Below, one piece after another: positions 20,196-31,800 of a stretch of 64,000 bases of DNA. The position numbers were made by a program, and so were the translations under genes. Origin of the DNA: Nitrosopumilus sp. (lineage in GTDB: Archaea > Thermoproteota > Nitrososphaeria > Nitrososphaerales > Nitrosopumilaceae); assembly GCA_965197525.1 (NCBI GenBank), contig OZ240211.1, positions 1,280,001 to 1,344,000 of the forward strand, read 5' to 3'. Each line of letters opens with the position of its first letter. Position 1 is the first letter of the stretch. Under the pieces are notes generated by a model. It was not told where the DNA came from and searched no databases. It saw nothing but the letters and a program-made list of their open reading frames with translations.

Positions 20196-21118
20196 TGAAG
20201 TTAGTAATCGTGGTATTTATCGTAATATCAATAATTTTAGCAACTATACCTACAGTAGGTGCGCAGGAGATTAAAGTTGGATCAGATGCAAAACAGAAGC
20301 CCATAGACATTACCATAGATGTAGATGGTAATATCCATGTAACACATATCGTTCTCGCATCTAATGCACCTAGCCAATTAACATTGATAGATGGTACAGT
20401 AGAAAACCTCATAATGTCTGATGAGGCAGGCAGCACACAACCAGTAACAAAGATTTCCGGTAGTAATGATGTGTTGATTTTACCGTCTGGAAGTAATTCA
20501 GTTATAGAATATGATTTGAAAGATGTGTTATTGTTAAAAGATGGCATATGGACATGGGATTTTCTGTATCTTGAAACAACAAACTTTTTCCTGCCTAAAG
20601 AGGTAGAGTTATTTTTTGTAAACGAAAGAGGGGTATATCTAGGTGAGAAGAAGGGGTTTGCATGTCATGGTTGTCAAATGACTTTGGAATATTCATTGAA
20701 TCAACCAAGTAATATGCAGAAAGTCAGTTGGGAAGATCACGAATTTCTTGTAGAGATCCGAACCTTCAAAGAGATAGAGAGTTTCACATTTGACCAATCC
20801 GCAAAACAGATTGCATTTGATGTAATTGGTATGGATGACGAAGATGAAGATCGTAATAGTAAATTTCTCACCGCAGTAATACCATTGGAATTGCTGTGGG
20901 AACCATACGTGGTATTTCTTGATGAACAAAGAATACCCCATACTCAATACACCAATAATGGAACACATGCATGGGTTAACATGCATCCAGACGCAACAGG
21001 GGAAATTTCGATAATAGGCACTACTGTTATTCCAGAATTTCCAATTATTGCCCCACTAGCAATTGGATTTTTAATGATTTTGGTAATTCCGTGGATAAGA
21101 AGAGTTAATCTCCGCTAG
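20195..21118 (+). CDS. Secreted surface protein with PEF-CTERM-type sorting signal
   Basis: N-terminal signal peptide; C-terminal TTVIPEF followed by a TM segment and basic tail RRVNLR. Confidence 0.8.
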   Translation: MKLVIVVFIVISIILATIPTVGAQEIKVGSDAKQKPIDITIDVDGNIHVTHIVLASNAPSQLTLIDGTVENLIMSDEAGSTQPVTKISGSNDVLILPSGSNSVIEYDLKDVLLLKDGIWTWDFLYLETTNFFLPKEVELFFVNERGVYLGEKKGFACHGCQMTLEYSLNQPSNMQKVSWEDHEFLVEIRTFKEIESFTFDQSAKQIAFDVIGMDDEDEDRNSKFLTAVIPLELLWEPYVVFLDEQRIPHTQYTNNGTHAWVNMHPDATGEISIIGTTVIPEFPIIAPLAIGFLMILVIPWIRRVNLR

Positions 21119-21260
21119 AGCCGCAAGAACAAAAACCATATTCATCAACCCTCACATCACACACTGGACACTTTTCGCCATAATCTACCTCCCATGGTTC
21201 TTTCCCAAAGAGTTTAAAGTGATCATCAATCTCTAATGGAATTTCTCTTTTTTTGTCCAA
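21105..21260 (-). CDS. 51-aa zinc-finger-like microprotein
   Basis: Manual translation from TTG: MDKKREIPLEIDDHFKLFGKEPWEVDYGEKCPVCDVRVDEYGFCSCGSSGD. Not in the ORF track. Confidence 0.7.
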   Translation of the reverse strand: MDKKREIPLEIDDHFKLFGKEPWEVDYGEKCPVCDVRVDEYGFCSCGSSGD

Positions 21261-21306
21261 TAGTTTGTATAAGCATTACAACTATACATAGATTATCTGA
21301 GAAATT

Positions 21307-21507
21307 ATGGAAATCAACTGCGGGTGTCACTGTATAAGATGTAAAAGCGTTAATTTGGAATCAAATAGAGTAGGAGGGGTTGAAAAAGATGGATATTTTG
21401 ACATGCATCACACATGTAAAGAATGTAATGCACATTTTGATCATTTAGATGGTGAAGTTTTTTTAAATTGTAAAAGATGTAATTATTCATCAGAATCCAA
21501 AAGTTAG
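21307..21507 (+). CDS. 66-aa zinc-ribbon microprotein
   Basis: CxCxCxxC, HHTCKEC and CKRC Cys/His clusters. Confidence 0.7.
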   Translation: MEINCGCHCIRCKSVNLESNRVGGVEKDGYFDMHHTCKECNAHFDHLDGEVFLNCKRCNYSSESKS

Positions 21508-21764
21508 AGAAGAGTATTAACAACGGATTTGTATGAATATTTGTATGTATGATGTTTTAGTGTTTTAATTTAGTAATGTCGTTTTTATCTTTTTTGTCGT
21601 TGTTGACTCCGTGTTTCTTATCTTGTTAATGATTAACCAGCTGTTGTAATAGATATATTAGATAATTTATCATCTAGAGAAATCTCTAAGAAATTAGAAG
21701 ATAATAGATTATAAGATATATGGCTAGAGGAATTAATAGTCACAAATACATTATAAACAACTAG

Positions 21765-22505
21765 TTAACGTTCTTGTGTTGTGGGTCGTATTAAGATCTC
21801 ATTCACATTAACGTGTGGTGGAGAATCCACAGCATATAAAATTGCGTTTGCAATGTCATCTGCCTGTAATGATGTCATTTTTTTTGCGTTTTCCACAAAT
21901 CCTTGCAAAGACTCATCAGTTATTGCGTCATTAAGCTCCGTTGCTACAACTCCAGGTTCAATGCTTGTGACTCTAATGTTGGAACGGACACTAAATTCTT
22001 GACGTAATCCTTCACTGAGTGCTGCAACTGCGTGTTTTGTAGCACAATAAACACTGCCGGCAGGAAACACAATTCTTCCAGCAACCGATGAGAGATTGAC
22101 AATATGGCCTGATTTCTTCTCTTTCATGTGATTGATGACAGCTGCGGTGGAATACAAGACGCCCTTGATGTTGACATCGATCATTTTTTCCCACTCATCA
22201 ACTTTGAGATTTTTAAAAAAGCTCAAAGGCATCAGTCCAGCATTATTTACAAGAATATCCACTGTTCCCCATTTTTTTAACACCGCATTCACAAAATCGT
22301 CACAGTTAGATCTCTGTGTGACATCTAGTTTTTTATAAAATACTTGATTATCCTCAGATGTTATTATGCCTGCAAGAGATTCTAATCGATCGACCCTTCT
22401 TGCTCCTATTGCAACCTTTGCACCTGCTCGAGATAACGCTAAAGCAGTAGCATATCCAATACCACTACTTGCTCCTGTAATTATTGCAACTTTGTCTCTA
22501 ACCAT
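21765..22505 (-). CDS. Short-chain dehydrogenase/reductase
   Basis: TGASSGIG, NNAG, YCATK catalytic motif. Confidence 0.95.
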   Translation of the reverse strand: MVRDKVAIITGASSGIGYATALALSRAGAKVAIGARRVDRLESLAGIITSEDNQVFYKKLDVTQRSNCDDFVNAVLKKWGTVDILVNNAGLMPLSFFKNLKVDEWEKMIDVNIKGVLYSTAAVINHMKEKKSGHIVNLSSVAGRIVFPAGSVYCATKHAVAALSEGLRQEFSVRSNIRVTSIEPGVVATELNDAITDESLQGFVENAKKMTSLQADDIANAILYAVDSPPHVNVNEILIRPTTQER

Positions 22506-22608
22506 TCAAGCTCAAATGATCCAAATGAAATCATTGTAAAAATGTTTAGACATTCAATAAAAGATTATCACTAACACCTTTATTAAAAGAATAACAGCTA
22601 CTACAACT

Positions 22609-22830
22609 ATGGAAGCAGAGAACTGTGCATATTGTGGTGAATTAACAGTTATGCCATTTCAATGCAATTATTGTAAAGATCCGTTTTGTGCAGAACACAG
22701 ACTTCCAGAAGAACATAGGTGTGTAAAACTTACACAAATAAGAGCACAGAGATTTGGTGAAAAAAAAGTAATACGGGATGGAGGACGTAACAAGCCAAAC
22801 ATTTTCAAACGAATTTTTGGACGATTTTAA
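22609..22830 (+). CDS. AN1-type zinc finger protein
   Basis: CAYC...PFQCNYCKDPFCAEHRLPEEHRC. Confidence 0.9.
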   Translation: MEAENCAYCGELTVMPFQCNYCKDPFCAEHRLPEEHRCVKLTQIRAQRFGEKKVIRDGGRNKPNIFKRIFGRF

Positions 22831-22832
22831 AA

Positions 22833-23117
22833 TCAGTATGGGCTTTTATCAGGAGAAATTTTTGCGCGTCGTCCCTGATAGAGTAAAGCAACGGCAAGTG
22901 CAAACATTACCATAGCAGTTAATGGAAAATTTTGAGGTGCGGGTAAGATAAACCAATAATAAATTCCGAAACCAATAGAGACTACTGCTTGAGTCCACAA
23001 CTTTGCCCATTTTGGAGCCCGAAGTAATCTACTTAAGATTTCAACTAAAAAAATTCCAATTACAGGATAAATGGTATAGAATAAAAAATCAATTACATCA
23101 ACGCCCGTATGAGACAT
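22833..23117 (-). CDS. Small hypothetical membrane protein (3 TM)
   Basis: 94 aa with three hydrophobic segments. Confidence 0.7.
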   Translation of the reverse strand: MSHTGVDVIDFLFYTIYPVIGIFLVEILSRLLRAPKWAKLWTQAVVSIGFGIYYWFILPAPQNFPLTAMVMFALAVALLYQGRRAKISPDKSPY

Positions 23118-23172
23118 ACATCAACACCTAAACAAAATATACATCATGCTCAATAAAAATTATAATTTTTGT

Positions 23173-23730
23173 TTAATCCTTCCAACTAACTCGCTTTGCA
23201 ATATTCTTAGTAATTAATGCTTGAGCATTTTCGTATGGAATAGTGGCGACATCTTCAATTTTGAAAGGACCATAAATTTCAAGATCAGCTCCGGTTAAGA
23301 CATCCGCGTCTTTAAGAAAACGAACTACAACTTTCTTAGTTTTATGATCATTGGCTAATGACTCTAGAAATTTGGATTTGCCATTAATAGTTGCTGAAAT
23401 AATCATGTCTATCTTTCCTTTTTTATCGTCTTGCGAATCTAGAATAAATTTCTCCTCATCTAAAAGAAGACCAATCTCAAAGTTGCCAGTCTGTAAAATT
23501 TTATCAAGCCTAACCTGTATTAATAATGAAGTAAGTTCTGTGACCATCTCTACCATAGTATTTTTAATCTGATTTTCGACACCCTCAAACTCTTGTTTGC
23601 TTAGGTTTCCAATAAAATCGGCAAGGTTGCGGTAAAAGCTTGAGTCTATCTCCAAAATAGAATCGTTTTCTATCTCACGTAAAACTGTGTGATGTAAAGT
23701 GTTGATGTTAATCTCTTCGGATTCGGACAT
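23173..23730 (-). CDS. GINS complex subunit (Gins51 type)
   Basis: Helical A domain plus C-terminal B domain VVRFLKD..GADLEIYGPFKIEDVATIPYENAQALI. Confidence 0.85.
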   Translation of the reverse strand: MSESEEININTLHHTVLREIENDSILEIDSSFYRNLADFIGNLSKQEFEGVENQIKNTMVEMVTELTSLLIQVRLDKILQTGNFEIGLLLDEEKFILDSQDDKKGKIDMIISATINGKSKFLESLANDHKTKKVVVRFLKDADVLTGADLEIYGPFKIEDVATIPYENAQALITKNIAKRVSWKD

Positions 23731-23782
23731 TTCCTACCTAATCCTTAAATGACTGTTGTATTTGTGTTTGATCGAGTAGAAC

Positions 23783-25243
23783 TTGCCATATAAAGTAAGC
23801 CACGGTAAAGCAATTCAAGTAAAATTCTCAGCTGATGAAGTGTTCTCACGAATTCAACATGAAGGAATTCAGTTCATCGATCTGCAATTTACAGGTTTGA
23901 CAGGCCACTTTCATCACACCACAATCTCAGCAGATACCTTCACGCATGAACAGATGAGGGATGGGTTGCCAAAGTTAGATGGTTCGTCGATTGTCGGCTT
24001 TACAAGCATTGATGACTCAGATCTGCTCTTAAAACCAGATCCAAACACGTTTGCAATAATTCCTTGGATGACAGAAAATAAAACGGCGAGAATGCTATGC
24101 GATGTTTATTGGGGAGAGGACAGGGGGAGACTAGCACGAGATCCTAGAGGAATCTCTCAAAAAGCTGAAGAGTATATTCAATCGCAGGGGTTTGATTTTA
24201 GTAATTGGGGACCAGAAGTTGAATTTTTTGTCTTCGATAAAGTGCATTGGGATGTTCTAACACCATACAAAGGACAATCCTATTCAATAGAATCAAAGGA
24301 AGCGCCATGGAGTCAGTCAGGAGACGGATATCCAATGGGATTACAAGAAGGATACTATCCAAGTACGCCGTCAGATACTTTAACTCCGTATAGGAATGAA
24401 TGTGTTAATATTCTCAAAAATAATTTTGGGATTTTGTGTGATAACCACCATCACGAAGTCGCAACAGCTGGACAGTGTGAGATCGATATAAAGTATGATC
24501 ATATGACAAATGCTGCAGATGCTGCACAGACTTACAAGTATGTGATTAGAAATGTTGCACAAAAATATGGGAAGGTGGCAACCATGATGCCAAAACCGAT
24601 TGCAATGGATTCAGGTTCTGGCATGCATGTCAATGTTAGTTTATGGAAAGGAAAGGAAAACGCATTTTATGATCCAGATAATGAATTTGAATTAAGCCAG
24701 ACTGCAAGATATTTTTGTGGTGGGATAGTTAACCATGCAAAAGCATTATCGGCAATTTGTAATCCTACTACTAACTCATACCATAGACTAGTTCCAGGAT
24801 ATGAAGCTCCAGCATACATTGCATGGAGTTCTGGAAATCGTTCTGCAATTGTGAGAGTTCCAAAACACCTTAGAGGTAAACGATACTCAAACCTAAAGAG
24901 GTTGGAGTTTAGAGCTCCTGACCCTTCATCAAACCCATATCTTGTGTTTGCAGCAGTGACAGCTGCCGGAATGGATGGAATAAAAAAGAAGACGGATCCC
25001 GGTGAACAAGTACGTGATGATATCTTCAAAATGACTAAATCAGATAGGGCAAAGAAGAAAATAGGTGTTTTGCCAAAAAGTTTAGGAGAGGCATTAGACG
25101 AATTAGAAAGTGATAGAAAGTTCCTGAACACGATTTTTGTTAATGATGTTATTGATAAGATTATAGAATTAGAGAGAAGAGATCAGCGCGAGATATCTAT
25201 TAGGCCCCACCCACATGAATTTTATCTATACTTTGATATCTAA
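23783..25243 (+). CDS. glnA: Glutamine synthetase type I
   Basis: DGSSI, GPEVEFFVF, HHEVATAGQCEID, MPKP..GSGMHVNVSL, RLVPGYEAP, NRSA, EFRAPDP. Confidence 0.98.
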   Translation: MPYKVSHGKAIQVKFSADEVFSRIQHEGIQFIDLQFTGLTGHFHHTTISADTFTHEQMRDGLPKLDGSSIVGFTSIDDSDLLLKPDPNTFAIIPWMTENKTARMLCDVYWGEDRGRLARDPRGISQKAEEYIQSQGFDFSNWGPEVEFFVFDKVHWDVLTPYKGQSYSIESKEAPWSQSGDGYPMGLQEGYYPSTPSDTLTPYRNECVNILKNNFGILCDNHHHEVATAGQCEIDIKYDHMTNAADAAQTYKYVIRNVAQKYGKVATMMPKPIAMDSGSGMHVNVSLWKGKENAFYDPDNEFELSQTARYFCGGIVNHAKALSAICNPTTNSYHRLVPGYEAPAYIAWSSGNRSAIVRVPKHLRGKRYSNLKRLEFRAPDPSSNPYLVFAAVTAAGMDGIKKKTDPGEQVRDDIFKMTKSDRAKKKIGVLPKSLGEALDELESDRKFLNTIFVNDVIDKIIELERRDQREISIRPHPHEFYLYFDI

Positions 25244-25387
25244 ACTGTTAAGATAAAAATAATTGTTCGCGCCTTTTTTAGATTTGTGCCTGAGAACGTA
25301 TTATGGAGGTGGTTGATGTGATTTAGGTGTATTAGAACAATCACAAGTATAGTAAAACAACATTGGTAATTCAATATGGATTCCGAA

Positions 25388-25666
25388 TCAAGTTCTTCCA
25401 GTTAGATTAAAAACTAAAAACAAGGATAATCCAAGTAAAGCAAATCCAGATCCGAGAAATATAGTTCTTTTATTGTAAGATGTGGCAGCCTTGTATAACA
25501 GAATGCCTCCTACAAGACCGAGAAGTAGCACTAGAACACCAGATACTGTATCGGTATAAGGGGTCATTGTGATGAGTGGATAAAAGACTCCTGCAAGTAG
25601 TGTAAAAAAGATAATCAAATAGATGTACTTAAAACTAGTCAGTAGTGTAGATATAGTCTTATTCAA
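25388..25666 (-). CDS. Small hypothetical membrane protein
   Basis: 92 aa with three hydrophobic segments. Confidence 0.7.
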   Translation of the reverse strand: MNKTISTLLTSFKYIYLIIFFTLLAGVFYPLITMTPYTDTVSGVLVLLLGLVGGILLYKAATSYNKRTIFLGSGFALLGLSLFLVFNLTGRT

Positions 25667-25712
25667 TATGATTCGTAAATATGGTAGACAATTAAAGTTT
25701 TAAAAACAAAAA

Positions 25713-27458
25713 CTACATCATTCCGCCCATGTCAGGCATTCCACCCATACCGGGCATGCCTCCCATACCAGGCATTCCACCCATACCGGGCATGCCTCCT
25801 TCACCACCACCAGGTGGTCCACCAGCAGATTTTTGAGTTGCTATTACATCATCAATTCGAAGAATCATGCAAGCAGCTTCTGCTGCTGACGATACAATCT
25901 GTAGTTTGACTGCAAGTGGTTCAATAATATCACTTGATTTCATATCAACAATTTCGGCCTTCATAACATCAATTCCTGTCCATTTTTCACCTTTTTGTTG
26001 TTTTGAGCGAAGCAGTGTTAAAGTATCAATTGGATCCATTCCAGCATTTTCAGCAAGTGTAATGGGGATCTCCTCTAATGCATCAGCAAATTTTTCAGCT
26101 GCGAGTTGCTCTCTACCTTGTAGAGATTTTGCCCAGTTTCTAAGCATTGTTGCGGCATATGTTTCTGGTGCACCGCCGCCTGCGACAACTTGAGGTTTTA
26201 GTATAACGTCTTTTACAACCATCAGTGCATCATTAACAGAACGTTCAACTTCATCTACAACCCTCTGAGAACCTCCACGAAGAAGTAAGGTCACCGATTT
26301 TGGATGTTTGCAACCTTCAATAAAGACCCATTTGTCTTCTTCGATCTTCTTCTCTTCAACCACATTGGCTATGCCAAGATCTTTCTCAGAGAGATCATCT
26401 AAAGTTGTTATTATTCTGCCTCCGGTTGCTTTTGCAAGTTTGGAAAGATCGCTCTCCTTGATTCTTCGGACAGCAATAATGCCTGCTTTAGCTAGATAAT
26501 GTTGAGCCATGTCATCTAATCCTTTCTGGCATAGCACCACATTTGCACCAGAGTTAATGACTTTGTCAACCATTGTTTTCAACATTTTGTTTTCTTCATC
26601 AAGAAAAGCTTTTAGTTGCTGAGGATCTGAAATGTTGATCTTTGCATCGGTCTCTGTTTTGTTGATCTCCAATGCAACGTTGATTAACGCAATCTTTGCA
26701 TCAGTAACTCTCCTAGGCATACCTCCGTGAACGATCTCTTTATCGAGAACGATGCCTTGGATAATGGTAGAATCTTTAATTGAGCCCCCTGCCTTTTTCT
26801 CTACTTTAATATCATCAATATCTACATCAAATGCTGCGCCATCTTGTTCAGTAACAGCGAGTACTGATTTTACAATTATGTCTGCTAATTGAGTGGAGTC
26901 TTTTCTAACGAGTTTGGTCTGCATTGCTGTCTTGGCAATTTTACTTAGAATGCTACTGTCGTTAGCAGAAACTGCCTCTGCGATATCCTCAAGATACTCT
27001 TTGGCTTTCTTTGCAGACTTTCTATACCCATCAACAATAATTGTTGGATGGACGTCTTGGTCAATTAATGATTCGGCCTCTGAGAGCAAAGAACCTGCAA
27101 AGACAACAGCGGATGTTGTGCCGTCCCCAACTTCGTTATCTGTGGTTTTAGAGATCTCAACGAGCATCTTTGCTGCCGGATGTTGGACATCAATCTCTTT
27201 AAGGATAGTTGCACCGTCATTTGTAATTGTAACGTCACCTAATGAATCAACCAACATCTTATCCATGCCTCTTGGACCAAGACTGCTGTGAACAATTTCA
27301 GCAATAATTTTTGCTGCTGCAATGTTGTTTTTTTGAGCGTCTCGTCCTTTAGTCTCAGAACCGCCTTCCTTTAGTAATACAACAGGCATGTTTCCTTTTG
27401 ATGTAGCTTGCATGCTCATGGATTTCAAAACATAAAATTCCCCTTTTATATCTTGCAT
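25713..27458 (-). CDS. Thermosome (group II chaperonin) subunit; start probably near MSMQATSK
   Basis: LGPRGMDKML, TNDGATIL, GDGTTS, GGGAPE; C-terminal GGM repeats. Confidence 0.97.
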   Translation of the reverse strand: MQDIKGEFYVLKSMSMQATSKGNMPVVLLKEGGSETKGRDAQKNNIAAAKIIAEIVHSSLGPRGMDKMLVDSLGDVTITNDGATILKEIDVQHPAAKMLVEISKTTDNEVGDGTTSAVVFAGSLLSEAESLIDQDVHPTIIVDGYRKSAKKAKEYLEDIAEAVSANDSSILSKIAKTAMQTKLVRKDSTQLADIIVKSVLAVTEQDGAAFDVDIDDIKVEKKAGGSIKDSTIIQGIVLDKEIVHGGMPRRVTDAKIALINVALEINKTETDAKINISDPQQLKAFLDEENKMLKTMVDKVINSGANVVLCQKGLDDMAQHYLAKAGIIAVRRIKESDLSKLAKATGGRIITTLDDLSEKDLGIANVVEEKKIEEDKWVFIEGCKHPKSVTLLLRGGSQRVVDEVERSVNDALMVVKDVILKPQVVAGGGAPETYAATMLRNWAKSLQGREQLAAEKFADALEEIPITLAENAGMDPIDTLTLLRSKQQKGEKWTGIDVMKAEIVDMKSSDIIEPLAVKLQIVSSAAEAACMILRIDDVIATQKSAGGPPGGGEGGMPGMGGMPGMGGMPGMGGMPDMGGMM

Positions 27459-27565
27459 TTATGACAGGCTCTATCTTATACGCCGTCACCTTAGTTGCCA
27501 CCATTATTATCATAAAACATTGCTGTATCGGTGTTTTTAAATTGGGAAATTATTTGTAAGGAAAT

Positions 27566-28888
27566 ATGACTAAATCAGAAAACAAGAGATCGTATGATAA
27601 GATTTTCACTAAATTAAAAGAGCACCACAAATTCTTTAATAGCTCGATTCCATTAATTGCAAGTGAGAATATACCTAGTCCTGCAGTTAGGGAAGCGACG
27701 GCTTCAGATTTTGCAAATAGATACGCTGAAGGATGGCCAGGCGAACGAGTTTATGCTGGTTGCCGTTACATCGACGATGTTGAGTTTGAATGCATGGATT
27801 TGGCTAAAAAATTATACAAGGCAGAGTTTGTTGATGTGAGACCAATTTCAGGAGTTGTGGCAAACTTGGCAGTGTATTCAGCTTTTACTAATCCTAGAGA
27901 CGTAATGCTTGCACCGTCAATTCCTGCAGGGGGACACATATCACATGGTAAAAAAGAACACTCTGGTACTGCAGGTTTAGTACATGGGTTAGAGATAGAG
28001 TTCTATCCATTTAATGCAGAAGAAATGACCATAGATGTAGAAAAGACAAAACAAAAGATAAAAGATCTTAAAAAAGCTAAACGTCTCCCAAAGATGGCAA
28101 TGTTTGGCGGTTCATTATTCTTATTCCCACACCCCCTCAAAGAATTATCAGATTTTCTTAAGAGTTATGATATGCATGTTAATTATGATGGAGCACATGT
28201 GGCAGGATTGATTGCTGGTGGAAAGTTCCAAGATCCTCTTCGAGAAGGTGCGGACACAATGACCATGAGTACTCATAAAACTCTGTTTGGGCCACAAGGT
28301 GGTATTATTCTAGGCTCTAAAGAGTATGAGGAGGTAATTAAAAAATCAGTCTTTCCAGGTATGACAAGTAGCCATCATATTCATCATGTGGCGGGAAAAG
28401 CAGTGGCGTTTGCAGAAGCCTTAGAATTTGGGCAAGATTATGCAACTCAAGTAATAAAAAATGCTAAAGTTCTTGCAGAAGCTCTAAGTAATGTAGGATT
28501 CAAAGTACTAGGAGAAAAGAAAGGATTTACCCAATCACACCAGATAGCCGTTAATGTATTGGATTATTCTAACGGGGGACAGGTGGAGTTAGATTTGGAG
28601 AAGGCGAACATAATTGTGAATAGACAACTCATTCCGGGGGACATCAAGGCGGGAAGAAATTATTTCCACCCGGGTGGAATTAGATTGGGTGTTTCGGAGA
28701 TCACACGTCTCGGAATGAATAGAGATGAGATAGTAGAGATTGCAACATTTATGAAACAGGTTGTAATTGAGAAGAAAGATCCAAAGAGAGTACTGGCAAA
28801 AGTTAAAGCTTTGAGAAAAAGTCACCAAAAAGTAAAGTTTTGTTTTGATAAAAAATTAGGCGCATATGAATATGTCAAACTGCGCTAG
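27566..28888 (+). CDS. glyA: Serine hydroxymethyltransferase
   Basis: LIASEN, YAEGWPGERVYAGC, GGHISHG, DGAHVAG, STHKTLFGPQGG. Confidence 0.97.
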   Translation: MTKSENKRSYDKIFTKLKEHHKFFNSSIPLIASENIPSPAVREATASDFANRYAEGWPGERVYAGCRYIDDVEFECMDLAKKLYKAEFVDVRPISGVVANLAVYSAFTNPRDVMLAPSIPAGGHISHGKKEHSGTAGLVHGLEIEFYPFNAEEMTIDVEKTKQKIKDLKKAKRLPKMAMFGGSLFLFPHPLKELSDFLKSYDMHVNYDGAHVAGLIAGGKFQDPLREGADTMTMSTHKTLFGPQGGIILGSKEYEEVIKKSVFPGMTSSHHIHHVAGKAVAFAEALEFGQDYATQVIKNAKVLAEALSNVGFKVLGEKKGFTQSHQIAVNVLDYSNGGQVELDLEKANIIVNRQLIPGDIKAGRNYFHPGGIRLGVSEITRLGMNRDEIVEIATFMKQVVIEKKDPKRVLAKVKALRKSHQKVKFCFDKKLGAYEYVKLR

Positions 28889-28890
28889 AG

Positions 28891-31800
28891 TCATGCATAA
28901 TCTGTAAGGAGAGATTGGTCTCCTTGATTTTTTCCAAATAAAAGATCTATCTCGTCAGATAGAGCATTGATTCTTCCCCTCTGATATGGACTCACATCAT
29001 ACTTGTCAACTAACCGCTTTGCCATTTTTAGATATTTTTCAACAGAGCCTCTTGTGATTGTGGGAATTAACTTATTTCCACAAGCGCATCTTTGGTTTAG
29101 AGGCACTCTACGATAGGATCTTTCACATTTTGTGCATCTAAAACTTTGACTGGCATACGCTCGGAGATTTCCCATAATATCCGGTACGAGGTGTGTTGTA
29201 ATGATGTTAGCTACAATCTCTGCCGGATTAACTGATTCAATTAATGTGGCGTTTTTAATCTGCATATCAAGTTTTTCATGCATCGAACCGAGCGTAGAGT
29301 AAGCACTGCGTGATTTTGAGGTTGTTAAAGAAGAAGTGCCGTGTGTATAAAAATAGTCATAAAATTGCTTCTCGGTTCCTAAGCGAGATTCAATAATTTC
29401 TACCGATTTAACTTTTGAGGTCTTTATTCGTTGGAATGTGGATTGGAAAAATTCCAAAGGAAGGGTCTTGATAACTTCAAGATTATGTGCTTGTGGCTGC
29501 GACTCGTGTGGTAAAACGTTGGGCTGAACAAGTAATGGCGCATCCATTAATCCGCCTATCCCATCTGACAGGAACTTGAGTGAAAAGTTGAGAAAACAAT
29601 CCATCAAAAGCATGATGGAATCAGCATCGCCGTCGGCGTCTCGTCTTTTAGCAGAATGCCAGTTGGGTGTTCCATAACAAACATGCGTCTCAGTATATCC
29701 AATAATCCGCCCAACTACCCCAACTGATGTATGAGGTGCTAAACCAATTATCAGATTTCCAATCAACTTTTCTAATGTGCCAACATTATATAATGCAGGC
29801 TTGTGATAAAATCTGGTTAAGAGTAAATCAACATACTTGCATGTTTTAATTAAATATTTTCCAGTATTATATGGAATAATCACGTCTTGAAGACGTAGTT
29901 CTACTATCTGGTCCGAGTTTTCAAGTGGTTTGTTGTTAATATCGTGTGTATAACCAAGTTTTTTTAACATATCAACTGACGTTCCAATCCAAGATGGTTT
30001 AAACTGAGTTAAGGGTGCGTTTGTAGCATCAGAACGCGTGGTACCATCTTTGAAAATGCTCAGCTCAAAGTTTTGACGAGCAAGTCCCTTTTCAAGAGGC
30101 TCGCATATCTTATTCTGGCTGATTAATCCTTTCACTCCTTTAAAAGGAGATTTTGCACGAATGCGCATATTTTCTTGTGCCAGGACTAACCGTGATTTTA
30201 ATGGAAATTCTTTATGTGAATTGGCAGATACCTTACGCTTACATTTTCTGCAAAATTGTTCATCAAGAACAGCACCGCAGTTAAAACATTTGAAATTAAT
30301 GGATGTATCTGTACCACAAACAATACATCGTATGCTCAAAGATGGTTGATTACATTTATGACAGTGTCTGTTTGAAATGTTTGCGAAAAAATGATTCTGT
30401 TTGATGGATTTGATTAGATCTCTAGTTGGGCCTCCGGTGTCGCCTACAGGAAATAATATGTGTGTGGGAGGTTGCATTACTCTGATGGCTGCTTTTTCTG
30501 GTCTCCCTATCCTGACTCCAATAGAAGTTGAGAATTTATTGTTAATTGGAATTCCTGATGCGTTTGTTAAGATTTCTGGAACTGTTGAATTATCAATTAA
30601 CGGTTTTTTATCAAATAGTAGATTAAAGAAAAGTTTAGTCTCATCACCTTGCAACACTATTGTATCATTCTCGATTTTATGAGGTGTGCCTAGATTTTCA
30701 AGTGTTTTTTTATTAGAAATTGGATATATAATGTGTGTAGAAGTCATTTTAACTGGTTCTAAAAGTTTACTGAGTTCGGTGGGAGATATTTTGTCCCAAA
30801 AATACAAGTAGCGTGGATAGAGTGGGACTTGAAAATTTAGAGATATATTTAATGCCTCATCTAGTGTTGGGGCTCTATTCAGAAATTGAATAAGATGTTG
30901 GGTATTAGACTCGTTTTTTTGTATTATTTGTTTTAGATCTTCTAACCAAAATTCTTCAACATATCCTGAAGGTATAAGCTGTGCGTTATTTTCAAGAAAG
31001 TCCCCGAATGAGATGAGGATGTCCCCTAAATGAAGAATTGAGTTTATCTCGTTTTTGATTTGAATGCCGTGTTTAACATCTTTAATCTTTATCACATCGC
31101 CATTGTGCAATCGGACGGTAGGGGTATCAATGGAATCAACAAATGCTACGGTTGCTCCTTTTCCAGGAAGATCGATTTTCAATTGAGTCCCCACAGCTAT
31201 CACATGATCAAGAATTTCAGCTACGGCCGGATGAATTCCCACTGTGGCAAATCCGGTATTGCAAGCTCTTCCATACCTTAATCGGAACCCCCCTAGCTTG
31301 TTTGGTATTGATAGAACTGATCGGCCTACAATTACTTCGCGCATTCGTTTAGCAGCAGCGTCCTCTTGATCATCACCTGTTTTAACGGCTCCTTTAAGAT
31401 CATTGAGCCATTCCCAACCGTCTAATTCATATAATTCAATTCTTTTAAGTAGTTTTTTTGATCTTCCAATTAATCCGTCGTTTAGTACACGCAAAGCTCC
31501 CCCCCTGACCCGATCAGTTTTGATACGAGTCATGGATTTGTGATTTACAACTTCAAATGGATCTGTATCCACCCCTGCCAACTCAACTGGAAGGTTGGAG
31601 ATTACGTGTCCGATGTCTTCATCTAATATATGAAATTGAAAGTTGGACACTTCTCGTTCATAAATTCGTAGTTCTTCAATGAATCTGCCTGTCTCGTCAT
31701 CAAAAGAGTTAGCTTGAAACTTGGAAAGCTGTCCAATTTTTCGGACATAATCTGCAATTATCATAGTTATGGCAGATTCTGTGCCGCCTGCAGAGCGCAT

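Noticed and set aside
25725-25800. Repeated 27-bp units at the end of the thermosome gene
   Set aside because: They encode the normal GGM-rich chaperonin tail.
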